A stretch of DNA of 56,339 nucleotides, taken from a virus. Its lineage: Duplodnaviria; Caudoviricetes. The DNA lies in IMG/VR virus record IMGVR_UViG_3300037246_000311, positions 1 to 56,339 of that record. One strand, given 5' to 3'. Under the pieces are notes generated by a model. The model worked only from the letters and a program-made list of their open reading frames with translations, was not told where the DNA came from and did not search any database. This document shows positions 27,357-36,202 of this stretch, in pieces (within the stretch, counting starts at the first letter, position 1; each line of letters begins with the position of its first letter). A program made the position numbers and the translations under genes.

Positions 27357-27559
27357 GCAAAGATGACAAGCCAGTGGACCCATACTACCAGGCCAAAGGC
27401 ACCGAGCTGGTGGACATGCTGTACGACAAGAGCTACATCGACAACACCACATCCCGAGAATCACTACGAGAGCTGGACGAGTACTTCGGCTTCATCCTGG
27501 CCAGCTACGTCGAGCAGGCCGTCAAGGTCGATCGACTGACCAGGAAGATAAAATCATGA
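27353..27559 (+). CDS. hypothetical protein
   Basis: Coupled ORF with RBS. Confidence 0.55.
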   Translation: MSKDDKPVDPYYQAKGTELVDMLYDKSYIDNTTSRESLRELDEYFGFILASYVEQAVKVDRLTRKIKS

Positions 27560-27813
27560 CCGAAGCAGAGAAGGATCCAGGCATCGATGACATCGTGAAG
27601 ATGAACATCCCGCCCGAGGATAAGGTCCACTTCATCGCTGACCTGGCCAAGCACCGCGGCAAGTGCATGGACCATGACGCCATCGAGATCAAAAAGGCCG
27701 TCACCATCATCAAGCAGCAGATCAGGCAGATCGAGATGCTACGGCACAAGCTCAAGGTCCGATCTCCCTGGGACAACTTCAAGATCTGGATGAACGGCTG
27801 GGCAAACTCATGA
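27556..27813 (+). CDS. hypothetical protein
   Basis: Coupled ORF. Confidence 0.55.
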   Translation: MTEAEKDPGIDDIVKMNIPPEDKVHFIADLAKHRGKCMDHDAIEIKKAVTIIKQQIRQIEMLRHKLKVRSPWDNFKIWMNGWANS

Positions 27814-28394
27814 AGTGGTTCCGCAAGATTGGCGACACCTTCGATCCTGATTCAGTCGTGCTCTCAGAAGTCCGCGACGAGCTGTACCGACAGCCACTGT
27901 TCTGGGGCAAATCGCCCAGGGTAACCTTCCCAGGATCTCCGCACCGCGACACCGAGGACATCGTGCTTCGAGGGCCGGTCGGGATCCACAGCAAGTCACT
28001 CCAGGAACTGCATGTCGAGATTGCCTGCGAGGACTACCCAGCCTCCGAGCTGATGCCGGCGACATTGAGGATGGCCAACAACCTGGCGTACCTGCTCTCG
28101 AGTCCGGAGATGCAGCACCTGGATTCACCGCTGCGCCTGGGCCGCGTGATCCTGACCAAGCTGCCACCAGGTAAGTCGATTCACCCGCACAAGGACGAGG
28201 GCGCCGTGCCTGAGTTCTATCGACGCTGCCACCTGGTGGTAGAGGGCGGCGACGAGAATGTGTTCCTGATTGCCGACGAGGTCCAGGTCATGCAGTCAGG
28301 CGAGATGTGGGAGTGTGATGTCCGAGAGCTGCACACGGTGGTCAACCTGATGGAAGACGCGAGGGTCCACCTGATCGTGGACATCGAGCGATGA
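27810..28394 (+). CDS. aspartyl/asparaginyl beta-hydroxylase-like 2OG-Fe(II) oxygenase
   Basis: L.PG..I.PHKD, R.HL, GEMW..D...H.VVN, RVHLIVD. Confidence 0.85.
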   Translation: MKWFRKIGDTFDPDSVVLSEVRDELYRQPLFWGKSPRVTFPGSPHRDTEDIVLRGPVGIHSKSLQELHVEIACEDYPASELMPATLRMANNLAYLLSSPEMQHLDSPLRLGRVILTKLPPGKSIHPHKDEGAVPEFYRRCHLVVEGGDENVFLIADEVQVMQSGEMWECDVRELHTVVNLMEDARVHLIVDIER

Positions 28395-28672
28395 CCATCC
28401 TGGTCGAGTTCGAGGATGGCCGCGGCATCTGCCAGGCTGGCCCAATCTTCATCAACCCTGACCTGGTCGCCGGCATTCAACCTGACCGCAACGATTCCAC
28501 CCTGGTCTTCACCACGGCCTACAACTGGATGGTCAAGGGTAACGTCAAGGAGGTTGCCACCAAGCTGATGATGCCCGAGATGCTGGACCGTGCCGGCATC
28601 GGGCTTGAGGCCCTGGACGAGCTGGAGAAACTAATCGAGGAGAAATTCAGTGCCGATGCATCGAAAGAATAA
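28391..28672 (+). CDS. small protein, FlbD-like
   Basis: IFINPDLV..I....T.VF......VK....V pattern. Confidence 0.45.
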   Translation: MTILVEFEDGRGICQAGPIFINPDLVAGIQPDRNDSTLVFTTAYNWMVKGNVKEVATKLMMPEMLDRAGIGLEALDELEKLIEEKFSADASKE

Positions 28673-28787
28673 ATGTAAGTCAGGCGCCCGAGCGTCATCC
28701 GATTATCAACCCTGGTTCTGGCCGAGCGTTCGACGCAGGCGCAGGCGCCGTGACCTGGCCAGGATCTCGAGGAGGATCAACCGATGA
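28656..28787 (+). CDS. 43-aa arginine-rich peptide (not in ORF track)
   Basis: MHRKNK...VRRRRRRRDLARISRRINR*; fills the gap and overlaps both neighbours. Confidence 0.45.
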   Translation: MHRKNKCKSGARASSDYQPWFWPSVRRRRRRRDLARISRRINR

Positions 28788-29023
28788 ACATACTACCCGA
28801 TGGCAGCGCCTTCGATGTCGTGACGATCGCCAGCCCGTTCAAGACCTGGTGGCAGAAGTGGAAGCACTACCTGTTCAGCTGCCCAACCTTCTGGCAATGG
28901 AAGCCGGCGTTCACCTGTCCGGAGTGTGGCGCGACCTATCGCTGCTACTGGGATGGCAATGACGCTGGTGGCCAGATCAATCTATGCACACCATGCACTG
29001 AAAAGTACGAGGAGGGATTATGA
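28784..29023 (+). CDS. small zinc-finger protein
   Basis: GGAGG RBS; CPEC...CTPC. Confidence 0.55.
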   Translation: MNILPDGSAFDVVTIASPFKTWWQKWKHYLFSCPTFWQWKPAFTCPECGATYRCYWDGNDAGGQINLCTPCTEKYEEGL

Positions 29024-29280
29024 GAGAACGACTGAAAGAATGGTACTCGATAAACCGAGACAAGTTTGCAATGTGGTTAGCCTGGAAGCTGCCGAGGCGC
29101 CTGGTCTACTGGTGCGCGATCAGAGTGAATGCCGCTGCATCGCAGGGTGGGTACGGCCACGAGATCGTACCGGAGATCACCATGATGGACGCACTCGATC
29201 GATGGGCCGGCAAGAAGTGTGAGCATGGCCGACTGGTGAAGGATTACTGCCAGCCGTGCGGGAGGGTCAACAGCGCATGA
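29020..29280 (+). CDS. hypothetical protein
   Basis: AWKLPRRLVYWCAIRV motif; GGAGG RBS. Confidence 0.6.
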   Translation: MRERLKEWYSINRDKFAMWLAWKLPRRLVYWCAIRVNAAASQGGYGHEIVPEITMMDALDRWAGKKCEHGRLVKDYCQPCGRVNSA

Positions 29281-29759
29281 TCACCTACCAGGTTGAAAAG
29301 TGGGACGACTGCTACGAGGAGGCCATCCCGATGCTCGAGGCGCACTACGTCGAGATCGCCACCGACAAACCGATCAAGCCACTGGATCCAGATCTCGAGA
29401 AGTACCAGGGCCTCGAGGAGGCAGGCCTGCTCCGGATCTTCACTGCCCGAGAGCAGTACACGAAGGATGACCGAACCGTGGCGGGACCAGGCAGGCTGAT
29501 CGGCTACTTCGTGACCATCGTGATGAAAGGCCTGCACTACCAGCAGACCACGCTGGCCGTCAACGACATCATGTATGTGGATCCAGCCTATCGTGGCGGG
29601 ACCTGCGGCTACCGGCTGATCAAACACGCAGCTCTGGATCTAAAAAACCTTGGAGCTGACATCTTGACCATACACATGAAAACTGATTACCCTTTCCGAA
29701 ACCTGCTCGTCAAGCTGGGTTTCCACTTAACTGAAGAGAACTGGGAGAGGGTATTGTAA
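29277..29759 (+). CDS. GNAT-family acetyltransferase
   Basis: LIGYFV, ND.MYV.P.YRGG..G..L, L..LGF. Confidence 0.85.
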   Translation: MITYQVEKWDDCYEEAIPMLEAHYVEIATDKPIKPLDPDLEKYQGLEEAGLLRIFTAREQYTKDDRTVAGPGRLIGYFVTIVMKGLHYQQTTLAVNDIMYVDPAYRGGTCGYRLIKHAALDLKNLGADILTIHMKTDYPFRNLLVKLGFHLTEENWERVL

Positions 29760-30007
29760 TGCCGAACTACGGATCATCTAAGCAGAACACCGGAGGCGCG
29801 AAGCCTGGCGCAGCTCAACCGGCAGGTAAGAATTTCGACGCAGGCCAGCAGGGCGGGTTTGGGAACAACAAGGGATCACGCCGCATGGGCGCTGGTCTGA
29901 AGAACGATGATGGCGGTGGTGGCGGCAAGTTCGTTGACACCTCCAACGATGCACAAGGCGGTGGACATGGAGGCAGTCTGAAGCACCCACGCGCTGGCGA
30001 TGCATAG
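29759..30007 (+). CDS. Gly-rich disordered protein
   Basis: TAATG junction; composition. Confidence 0.55.
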   Translation: MPNYGSSKQNTGGAKPGAAQPAGKNFDAGQQGGFGNNKGSRRMGAGLKNDDGGGGGKFVDTSNDAQGGGHGGSLKHPRAGDA

Positions 30008-30009
30008 TC

Positions 30010-30633
30010 ATGCCACGCGAAGATAGGGAACCGAAGGGCCGACGAGCAACAGCTGCCAAGGGCCGACCAGGCTCCAAGAACTATGAACGCGCCAGACCAG
30101 GTACCGGCATCTATGCCGTCAGAGCATCCAACCCCAGCTACAAAGGCACCAAGGACTTCGACTACAAGGGCAAGCTCAAGAAGGGCGACAAGTTCGTAGC
30201 CGGCGCCAACATCCTCGATGCCAAGGGCAAGGTCGATAAGCGCAAATCATTCAGTGACTATCTCAAATCCACCGGCAACCGAGCCGACGATCCTCGCAAC
30301 TGGGAGTTCCACTACAAGGCACCCTCCCAGGCTTTCAGCACCCAGGGCAAGAATGATCGACGGGTAGACAACCGAGCCAGGGCCAGGGGCAGAGCTGAGA
30401 AGTCAGCCAGGCGCGAGGGCAAGTCAGTCTACGAGGTGCAGAAAATCGAGTACGAGACCCAGGGGATCAAGCAGGACACCCGAGCGACTGGCTTGAAGGC
30501 GAAGGCCATGGGTGGCGCCAGCGCATTTGGATCCACCAGGGTAGCCTCGAATGTCGCAGCGCAGCGGCAGAAAGGTCAACGCAGGCAAGGTCGAGCAGCA
30601 GCTCGAGGCCCAACCACAGGAGCAATAGCATAA
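30010..30633 (+). CDS. highly basic K/R-rich protein
   Basis: 207-aa ORF; composition. Confidence 0.6.
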   Translation: MPREDREPKGRRATAAKGRPGSKNYERARPGTGIYAVRASNPSYKGTKDFDYKGKLKKGDKFVAGANILDAKGKVDKRKSFSDYLKSTGNRADDPRNWEFHYKAPSQAFSTQGKNDRRVDNRARARGRAEKSARREGKSVYEVQKIEYETQGIKQDTRATGLKAKAMGGASAFGSTRVASNVAAQRQKGQRRQGRAAARGPTTGAIA

Positions 30634-30935
30634 TGGCAGCAACAGCAGTGATGGCCGCGGTCTCGACGTACAGCTCCTACAAGAGCAGCAAGGATGCCGG
30701 CAAGGCACGAGATGCAGCCGAGAAACAATCCAAACAGGCCCGAGCAGACGCATTGAAATCCGAGAAGGAAGCCAAGGCGCAACAGGAAGAGGAAGCCAGG
30801 AAGCTGGCCGAATCAACCCCGACCGGATCCATGTCCACGACCAGCCGTATCGCAGCTCAAAAGGCGATCGCGATGCGCCGTGCCGGCACAGGTCGATCAG
30901 GTAGCGTACTCGACAAAACTTCAGCCCTGGGCTAA
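30633..30935 (+). CDS. small virion protein preceding the portal
   Basis: Ala-rich, ends R.GRSGSVL....LG, as in small pre-portal proteins of podoviruses. Confidence 0.65.
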   Translation: MAATAVMAAVSTYSSYKSSKDAGKARDAAEKQSKQARADALKSEKEAKAQQEEEARKLAESTPTGSMSTTSRIAAQKAIAMRRAGTGRSGSVLDKTSALG

Positions 30936-30938
30936 GTC

Positions 30939-32510
30939 ATGACGATGTCGCCTGGCATGCTCCGGAAGTTCTCTCGAGAGCGGTTCGAGAAGCAGTACCC
31001 TGTGCTCAGTCTCTGGCAGGAGCTGGCCGAGAACTTCTACCCCGAGCGCAACGATTTCCTCCGCACCCATTACATTGGCGAAGAGCTGACAGACAGCCTG
31101 GCCTCGAGTCAGCCCCTGTTGATTCGCCGTGAGTTAGCCAACAGTCTCGAGGCCATGCTGCGGGACGGCGAGTGGTTCTCGATCGGCATCGAGGACGAGC
31201 CTGATCACGAGGGCAAGATGTGGCTCGAGTGGGCGACCAAGCGATTGATGATGCTGATGAACCAGCGCAACGCCAACTTCCGCAGGGCCACCAAGGAGAT
31301 GGACAACGACTACATCACCTTCGGCAATGGCGTCATGTCGATCGAGCTGAATCGCCAGGCATCCGGACTACTGTTCCGCACCTGGCACATGAAGGACATG
31401 GCCTGGTGGGACGACGAGAATGGCCAGGTCGATGGCGTGGTCCGCAAGGAGGACATCGCGCTGTACAAGATGGCGCAGTACTACGGCGAGGAGAACATGC
31501 CGAAGGCGCACCAGAAGAAGCTGAAGGACCACCCGTTCCACGAGGTGCCGATCCACCACTTCGACATCACCTCGAGCATGTACGGCGATCCACAGCTCGA
31601 ACGATTCCCGCGGGTCCTGCTGACGCTCGACCTGCAGACCGAGACCATCATGGAGATCGGAGGCAGCATGCACCCCCGATACATCGTGCCTCGGTTCCAG
31701 ACCATAGCTTGCAGCCCGTATGCGTACTCGCCTGCAACTGTGGTAGGTCTCCCAGACGCTCGAACCCTTCAAGCGATGACACATACACTATTGGAAGCTG
31801 GGGAACGTCACGCGAGACCGCCTATTATTGCGACCGAGAATGTCATCCGAGGAGATGCGAATCTCTACCCTGATGGCATCACGTTCGTGAGCGAAGACTA
31901 CGACGAGCGCCTCGGCGCCAGCCTGCGGCCCCTGGTCCAGGACAGCAAGGGCTTCCCGCTCGGCATGGAAATGCGCGAGGGAATTGTCGAGGTCCTGCAG
32001 GCCGCGTTCTACGTCAACAAGATCAACATGCCTGACATCGGTCGGGAGATGACAGCCTACGAAGTCAGTGAACGCATGAAGCAATTCAGGCGTGAGAACC
32101 TGCCGCTGTTCGCACCGATCGAGCACGAGTACTCAGGCCGCATGTGTGAGCTGGCCTTCGAGACTGCGCTCAAGCATGGCTTCCTGGGATCACCCCAGGA
32201 CATCCCGAAATCCCTGCTCGGCCAGAACATCCGATTCAAGTTCGAGTCACCATTGTCCGAAGCCGACGAGGAGAAGAAGGTCACGCAGTTCCAGCAGGTC
32301 GCGCAGCTCCTGGAGACAGCAGCAGCCGGCGATCCATCCGTGGCCAACCATGTCGATTTTGGCATCTCACTACGCGATGCAATCCAGGGATCCGGAGCAC
32401 CAGAAAAATGGCTGCGTAGCCTGCAGGATGTGAAGGCCATGACCGAGCAACAACAGCAAGTCGCAGCCACCCAGCAGGCAGCTGCGATGGCGGCAGAGGA
32501 GGCAGCATGA
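30939..32510 (+). CDS. portal (head-tail connector), T7 gp8/BPP-1-like
   Basis: WQELA..FYP.R, FGNG.M, PRF......Y.YSPA, MTA.EV.ER, F.FESPL; 523 aa. Confidence 0.92.
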   Translation: MTMSPGMLRKFSRERFEKQYPVLSLWQELAENFYPERNDFLRTHYIGEELTDSLASSQPLLIRRELANSLEAMLRDGEWFSIGIEDEPDHEGKMWLEWATKRLMMLMNQRNANFRRATKEMDNDYITFGNGVMSIELNRQASGLLFRTWHMKDMAWWDDENGQVDGVVRKEDIALYKMAQYYGEENMPKAHQKKLKDHPFHEVPIHHFDITSSMYGDPQLERFPRVLLTLDLQTETIMEIGGSMHPRYIVPRFQTIACSPYAYSPATVVGLPDARTLQAMTHTLLEAGERHARPPIIATENVIRGDANLYPDGITFVSEDYDERLGASLRPLVQDSKGFPLGMEMREGIVEVLQAAFYVNKINMPDIGREMTAYEVSERMKQFRRENLPLFAPIEHEYSGRMCELAFETALKHGFLGSPQDIPKSLLGQNIRFKFESPLSEADEEKKVTQFQQVAQLLETAAAGDPSVANHVDFGISLRDAIQGSGAPEKWLRSLQDVKAMTEQQQQVAATQQAAAMAAEEAA

Positions 32511-32568
32511 TGGCAAAGAAACCACCCATGAAGAAACGTCCAACCACGCCCAGGCGTAGGAGATACTG

Positions 32569-32733
32569 ATGCCAGATCAACCACAGCATCCCCAACCAGG
32601 TGGCGCCAACACACCGAAGCCCGACTACAATCGGGACCAGGATGACAAGTCCGACGAGGCTACGAACCTGTCCAACCCGTATGACGTCCAGGGTAACGGC
32701 TTCAAGAAGCACCGAGATATGACGCCAATATGA
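32569..32733 (+). CDS. hypothetical 54-aa protein (not in ORF track)
   Basis: AGGAG RBS; MPDQPQHP...MTPI*. Confidence 0.45.
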   Translation: MPDQPQHPQPGGANTPKPDYNRDQDDKSDEATNLSNPYDVQGNGFKKHRDMTPI

Positions 32734-32741
32734 GGTAAACA

Positions 32742-33029
32742 ATGGCCGTAAAAAAGTTCAATGTCTTCGAGGTCCCAGCCTTAGAAAGACATGAGTTGAT
32801 CGCGCTGCAAATGACAGCGGATCCAGAAGAGAACGCCGAACCAGAACAGCAAGCCATCGCGATCAAAGTGATCGTTGAGAAGATCTGCTTGATGGACATC
32901 CAGCCCATCCAATTTGGCGCCCCCGACGAGACCGGCTTCATCAATGGCCGCGTGTTCGTAGGCAAAGAGATCTTCCGACAACGCCGTCGATCAGTCGGTG
33001 AGGAAGACGCCCAAAACAACAATCCATAA
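32742..33029 (+). CDS. small head-module protein (Bbp19-like position)
   Basis: A.PEQQ..A...I...IC ... T.F..GR.FVG motif between portal and scaffold. Confidence 0.65.
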   Translation: MAVKKFNVFEVPALERHELIALQMTADPEENAEPEQQAIAIKVIVEKICLMDIQPIQFGAPDETGFINGRVFVGKEIFRQRRRSVGEEDAQNNNP

Positions 33030-33043
33030 CAGGAGAATACCCA

Positions 33044-34015
33044 GTGAAATTCATGAACGACAGGTGGTCCAGTGGCCACGTTTACAGAGCCGAAGCCGGC
33101 GAAGGTGGTGAAGGCAGCGGCGGTGAAGGTGAAGGCGGCGGCGAGGGAGAAGGCGGCGAAGGCAAGGGAGGCGAAGGCGAAGGCAAAGGCGGTGAAGGCG
33201 AGGGCGAGGGCGAGGGCGAAGGTGACGGTGGATCCGGTGCCGGCGATACCTGGCGCACTAACCTGGCCGGCAAGAATGAAGAGTGGGGTAAGCGCCTCGA
33301 GCGTTACACCGACCAGGATAAATTCCTCGAGTCAGCGTTCCAGGCCCACGACAAGATCCGAGCCGGCGAGGTATCACTCGGCCTGCCCGAGGATGCATCC
33401 GAAGAGCAGATCAGCGACTTCCGCGTAGCCAATGACATCCCACTGACGGCTGACAAGTACGACTTCACCGGATCCGAGCGTGAGCTGTCCGAGATGGATC
33501 TCGAGATGATGGGACCAGTGGCCGAGATCGCTCACAAGTACAACATCTCCAACGAGGCCCTGAACGATTTGATGGGTACCTACATGGCCGAGACCGACAA
33601 GGTGGTCGAGCAGATGCATGTCCAGGACAACCTGGATGCCCAGGAGTTCACGAAGATCGCGAAGGAGAACTGGGGGCCTGAGTATCAGATCAATATGAAC
33701 CGAGCCACCAACCAGTTCAACCTGCTACCGGAAGCAGTCCGTGACGCGATCAAGCAGGCCAAGATGCCCGATGGCCGCGGCATCATGAACTGCCCCGAGT
33801 ACATGACCTGGTTGGTCAATGTCGATCGCCAGATCACACCGATGGATCCGATCAAGGGTGGCCAGGAGGCTACGCTGAACGATGCGCGTCAGGTGGTGGC
33901 CAAGGCGCTGGAGCGTATGCGTGATGATTCGGTTGCCTGGCACAAGGACAACAAGGCCCAGGATGATTACATGAAGGCCCAGACCATGATTGACCAGTTC
34001 GAGGGATCGCAGTAG
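33044..34015 (+). CDS. capsid scaffolding protein
   Basis: Gly/Glu-repeat N-terminus, WR..LAG, P....Y, K.WG.EY..N; acidic and helical; upstream of capsid. Confidence 0.8.
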   Translation: MKFMNDRWSSGHVYRAEAGEGGEGSGGEGEGGGEGEGGEGKGGEGEGKGGEGEGEGEGEGDGGSGAGDTWRTNLAGKNEEWGKRLERYTDQDKFLESAFQAHDKIRAGEVSLGLPEDASEEQISDFRVANDIPLTADKYDFTGSERELSEMDLEMMGPVAEIAHKYNISNEALNDLMGTYMAETDKVVEQMHVQDNLDAQEFTKIAKENWGPEYQINMNRATNQFNLLPEAVRDAIKQAKMPDGRGIMNCPEYMTWLVNVDRQITPMDPIKGGQEATLNDARQVVAKALERMRDDSVAWHKDNKAQDDYMKAQTMIDQFEGSQ

Positions 34016-34056
34016 ACTGGCCACTCCTGGGCTTTTCAGTAATCGGTCCAGGCTTG

Positions 34057-34097
34057 AAGCCCCACTATGATTTGCGTCTTGGATGGGGCTTTCTTTT
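34057..34097 (+). terminator. possible intrinsic terminator
   Basis: AAGCCCCA/TGGGGCTT stem with a long 19-nt loop followed by TCTTTT. Confidence 0.4.
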
Positions 34098-34110
34098 GCC
34101 TGGGCATTGG

Positions 34111-34270
34111 CGAACGCCCCACGAACGCCCCACGCAAGTCATTGATAGTAGCCTGAAATTCAATAAGGCGGTTATGAATCCCAATGCCCGAACGCCCCAC
34201 TTTATCTGGTACGGCAAGTGGAGTTGCCGAACCAAGGATCTGGTACGGCAAAGTGGAATTGCCGAACCAA
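34111..34270. repeat. intergenic repeat cluster
   Basis: CGAACGCCCCAC x3 (34111, 34122, 34189); two tandem 32-33 bp palindromic repeats (34204-34235, 34238-34270). Confidence 0.85.
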
Positions 34271-34289
34271 CTTTCTGCTGGCCCAGGGA

Positions 34290-34319
34290 TTGACCTTTTC
34301 GGGATCCGTGATCTATTAT
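34290..34319 (+). promoter_or_regulatory. putative sigma70 promoter of the capsid operon
   Basis: TTGACC-N18-TATTAT about 130 nt upstream of the capsid ATG. Confidence 0.5.
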
Positions 34320-34452
34320 CGAGATCGACGCTGAGAACGACCCTCAACCTCAACGAGCCAGCCCCGAACAACACGGCCTCCCTGGCAGACCTGACATTAG
34401 AGCCTCCTCCGACAAAGCGGTTAACTGACCACTAACTGATTAGGAGCAATCT

Positions 34453-35298
34453 ATGGCTGATACAGCCTTCCAAGAAATGTTTCGTCAAGAAGTTGTCATG
34501 GGGTTTGAAAAGGGCCAGAGTCTGGCTCGTCGGACCACTACCGTAGAGACCGAAATCAATGGCAACGAAGCCACATTTTTGGTTGCTGACAGCGGTGGGG
34601 CAACGGCAACAACCCGTGGCGTCAACGGCGACATTCCTACACGCCCCGATAACCTGAACCAGTTCACCGCGCTGCTCCAAGAGTGGCACGATGTTCCGGA
34701 ACGCACGAGATTCAACATCTATGCGTCCCAGGGTGATGGTCGTCGGATCATGCAAGAGACCTCGATGAAGGTCATCAACAGAAAGATCGATGATGACATC
34801 TACACCGAACTCAACACCGCCTCCACTACCTGGACAGGTGGCGCAGCAGCAGCGACCGTAGCACTGGTCTCGGATGCTCGGACAATCCTTGCGAATAACT
34901 TCGCTCTGGATGAAGAGCCTTTCGCGATCATCACGCCTGCCTTCTGTGGCCAACTGATGGGCTTCCGTCAATTCACTTCAAGCGACTTCGTGAACCTGAA
35001 AGGGTTCGAGAATGTCAGCAAGTCTCGTGCCTTCAACTGGTACGGGGTGAACTGGATTGTGGACGCCGGTTTGCCAGGCACTGGTACCGCTACCGCGGAT
35101 TGCTTCATGCATGCGAAGGCCGCGATCGGCCATGCGTGTGATATTGAAAACATCCGCACCGAGGTAGGGTACGACCGCAAGAACGACAAGTCGTGGGCGC
35201 GGGCAACAACCTTCATGGGTAGTAAGCTGCTGCAGGACATCGGCGTGGTCAAGATGACACACGATGATACAGCTGCCTTCCCAGTGAATACAACGTAA
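34453..35298 (+). CDS. major capsid protein
   Basis: AFQ..FRQE...GFE...S..R, NRKIDD.I; AGGAG RBS; position after the scaffold. Confidence 0.88.
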   Translation: MADTAFQEMFRQEVVMGFEKGQSLARRTTTVETEINGNEATFLVADSGGATATTRGVNGDIPTRPDNLNQFTALLQEWHDVPERTRFNIYASQGDGRRIMQETSMKVINRKIDDDIYTELNTASTTWTGGAAAATVALVSDARTILANNFALDEEPFAIITPAFCGQLMGFRQFTSSDFVNLKGFENVSKSRAFNWYGVNWIVDAGLPGTGTATADCFMHAKAAIGHACDIENIRTEVGYDRKNDKSWARATTFMGSKLLQDIGVVKMTHDDTAAFPVNTT

Positions 35299-35312
35299 GG
35301 GAGGTTGATACC

Positions 35313-35552
35313 ATGGCTTACAATAGCGCAGACCTTAACCTTATCCAGGCAAATGTCGGACACGCAGGTGGTTCCGTTTGGAACTACGTCGAACCGGCGA
35401 CTGCCCTGGCCACAATCATCGCTGCAGGTTATATCGATGACGGCTTGGATAAGGGCTTGAAAGTGAACGACCAGATTTTGGTCAGTGGCTTAACCAGCAA
35501 TCTTACGCTGGTGACAGTAGTCGCTGCCAATGGTGACGTTACATTAGTCTGA
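35313..35552 (+). CDS. capsid decoration/minor head protein
   Basis: GGAGG RBS; W.Y......I.AAGY.......L.V.D.I; directly after capsid and before a terminator. Confidence 0.65.
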   Translation: MAYNSADLNLIQANVGHAGGSVWNYVEPATALATIIAAGYIDDGLDKGLKVNDQILVSGLTSNLTLVTVVAANGDVTLV

Positions 35553-35570
35553 TCTGGTAGTTGAACTGGG

Positions 35571-35646
35571 GATCGGCCCCCTGCGTTCTCTCTCCGGAGG
35601 CGTAGGGTGCCGGTCATTTTTGGCCAGTTGATCGCTGGCCCTTTTT
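35571..35646 (+). terminator. tandem hairpins/intrinsic terminator after the head genes
   Basis: GATCGGC...GCCGGTC hairpin plus ATTTTT, then GGCCAG-N7-CTGGCC plus CTTTTT. Confidence 0.65.
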
Positions 35647-35662
35647 ATATTGGAGTCCAGTA

Positions 35663-36187
35663 ATGACCGCAAAGAAAGCAGCACCAAAAAAAGCTGCATC
35701 AGAAGTCAATCCAGAAGGCGCAACCGAGAAGGTACGTCTACCCGTTAACCCTGTCAAACCAGGTGATGTGAAGACCCAGGAGCAAATGCACAATAACTGG
35801 GCATGCTTCCTTCCCTCCCACTACAACCAGGACCAGGTCGAGGACAAGAAGACCTGGACATTCATGGCCACCCGTTTCAAGGATCTCGACCTCATCCGCT
35901 GTACTGCGGAAGATGGATCCTGGGTAGCGATGGCAGTCATTCGCCGCACGGTAACGATGGAAATCAACGTGCAGATCTATGACTGGATTGAATTGTCAGC
36001 ACCGCAGATCGCGAAGGAAATCGTGATCGGTGAGGACTATGTTGTTCGCCACTTCGGCACCGTGCGGAAGTTTGCAGTGTGCAACTTCCATGGCGGTGAA
36101 GTCGTGAAAGAGGGTTTCAATACCCAGGTACAGGCGATCAAATACATCACCGATCATATCCAGACGGCAGGTGTTGCGGTCGCATAA
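35663..36187 (+). CDS. hypothetical protein
   Basis: GGAG RBS; 174 aa. Confidence 0.65.
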   Translation: MTAKKAAPKKAASEVNPEGATEKVRLPVNPVKPGDVKTQEQMHNNWACFLPSHYNQDQVEDKKTWTFMATRFKDLDLIRCTAEDGSWVAMAVIRRTVTMEINVQIYDWIELSAPQIAKEIVIGEDYVVRHFGTVRKFAVCNFHGGEVVKEGFNTQVQAIKYITDHIQTAGVAVA

Positions 36188-36202
36188 CTGATGAGGTAGG
36201 AC

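Noticed and set aside
34204-34270. CRISPR mini-array
   Set aside because: Only two repeats separated by 2 nt, no spacer and no cas genes
34036-34435. ORFs inside the scaffold-capsid gap
   Set aside because: No convincing RBS, atypical codons; they simply translate the DNA repeats
35270-35313. T7-like capsid frameshift or readthrough extension
   Set aside because: No slippery heptamer seen; TAA stop, and the next gene has its own strong RBS
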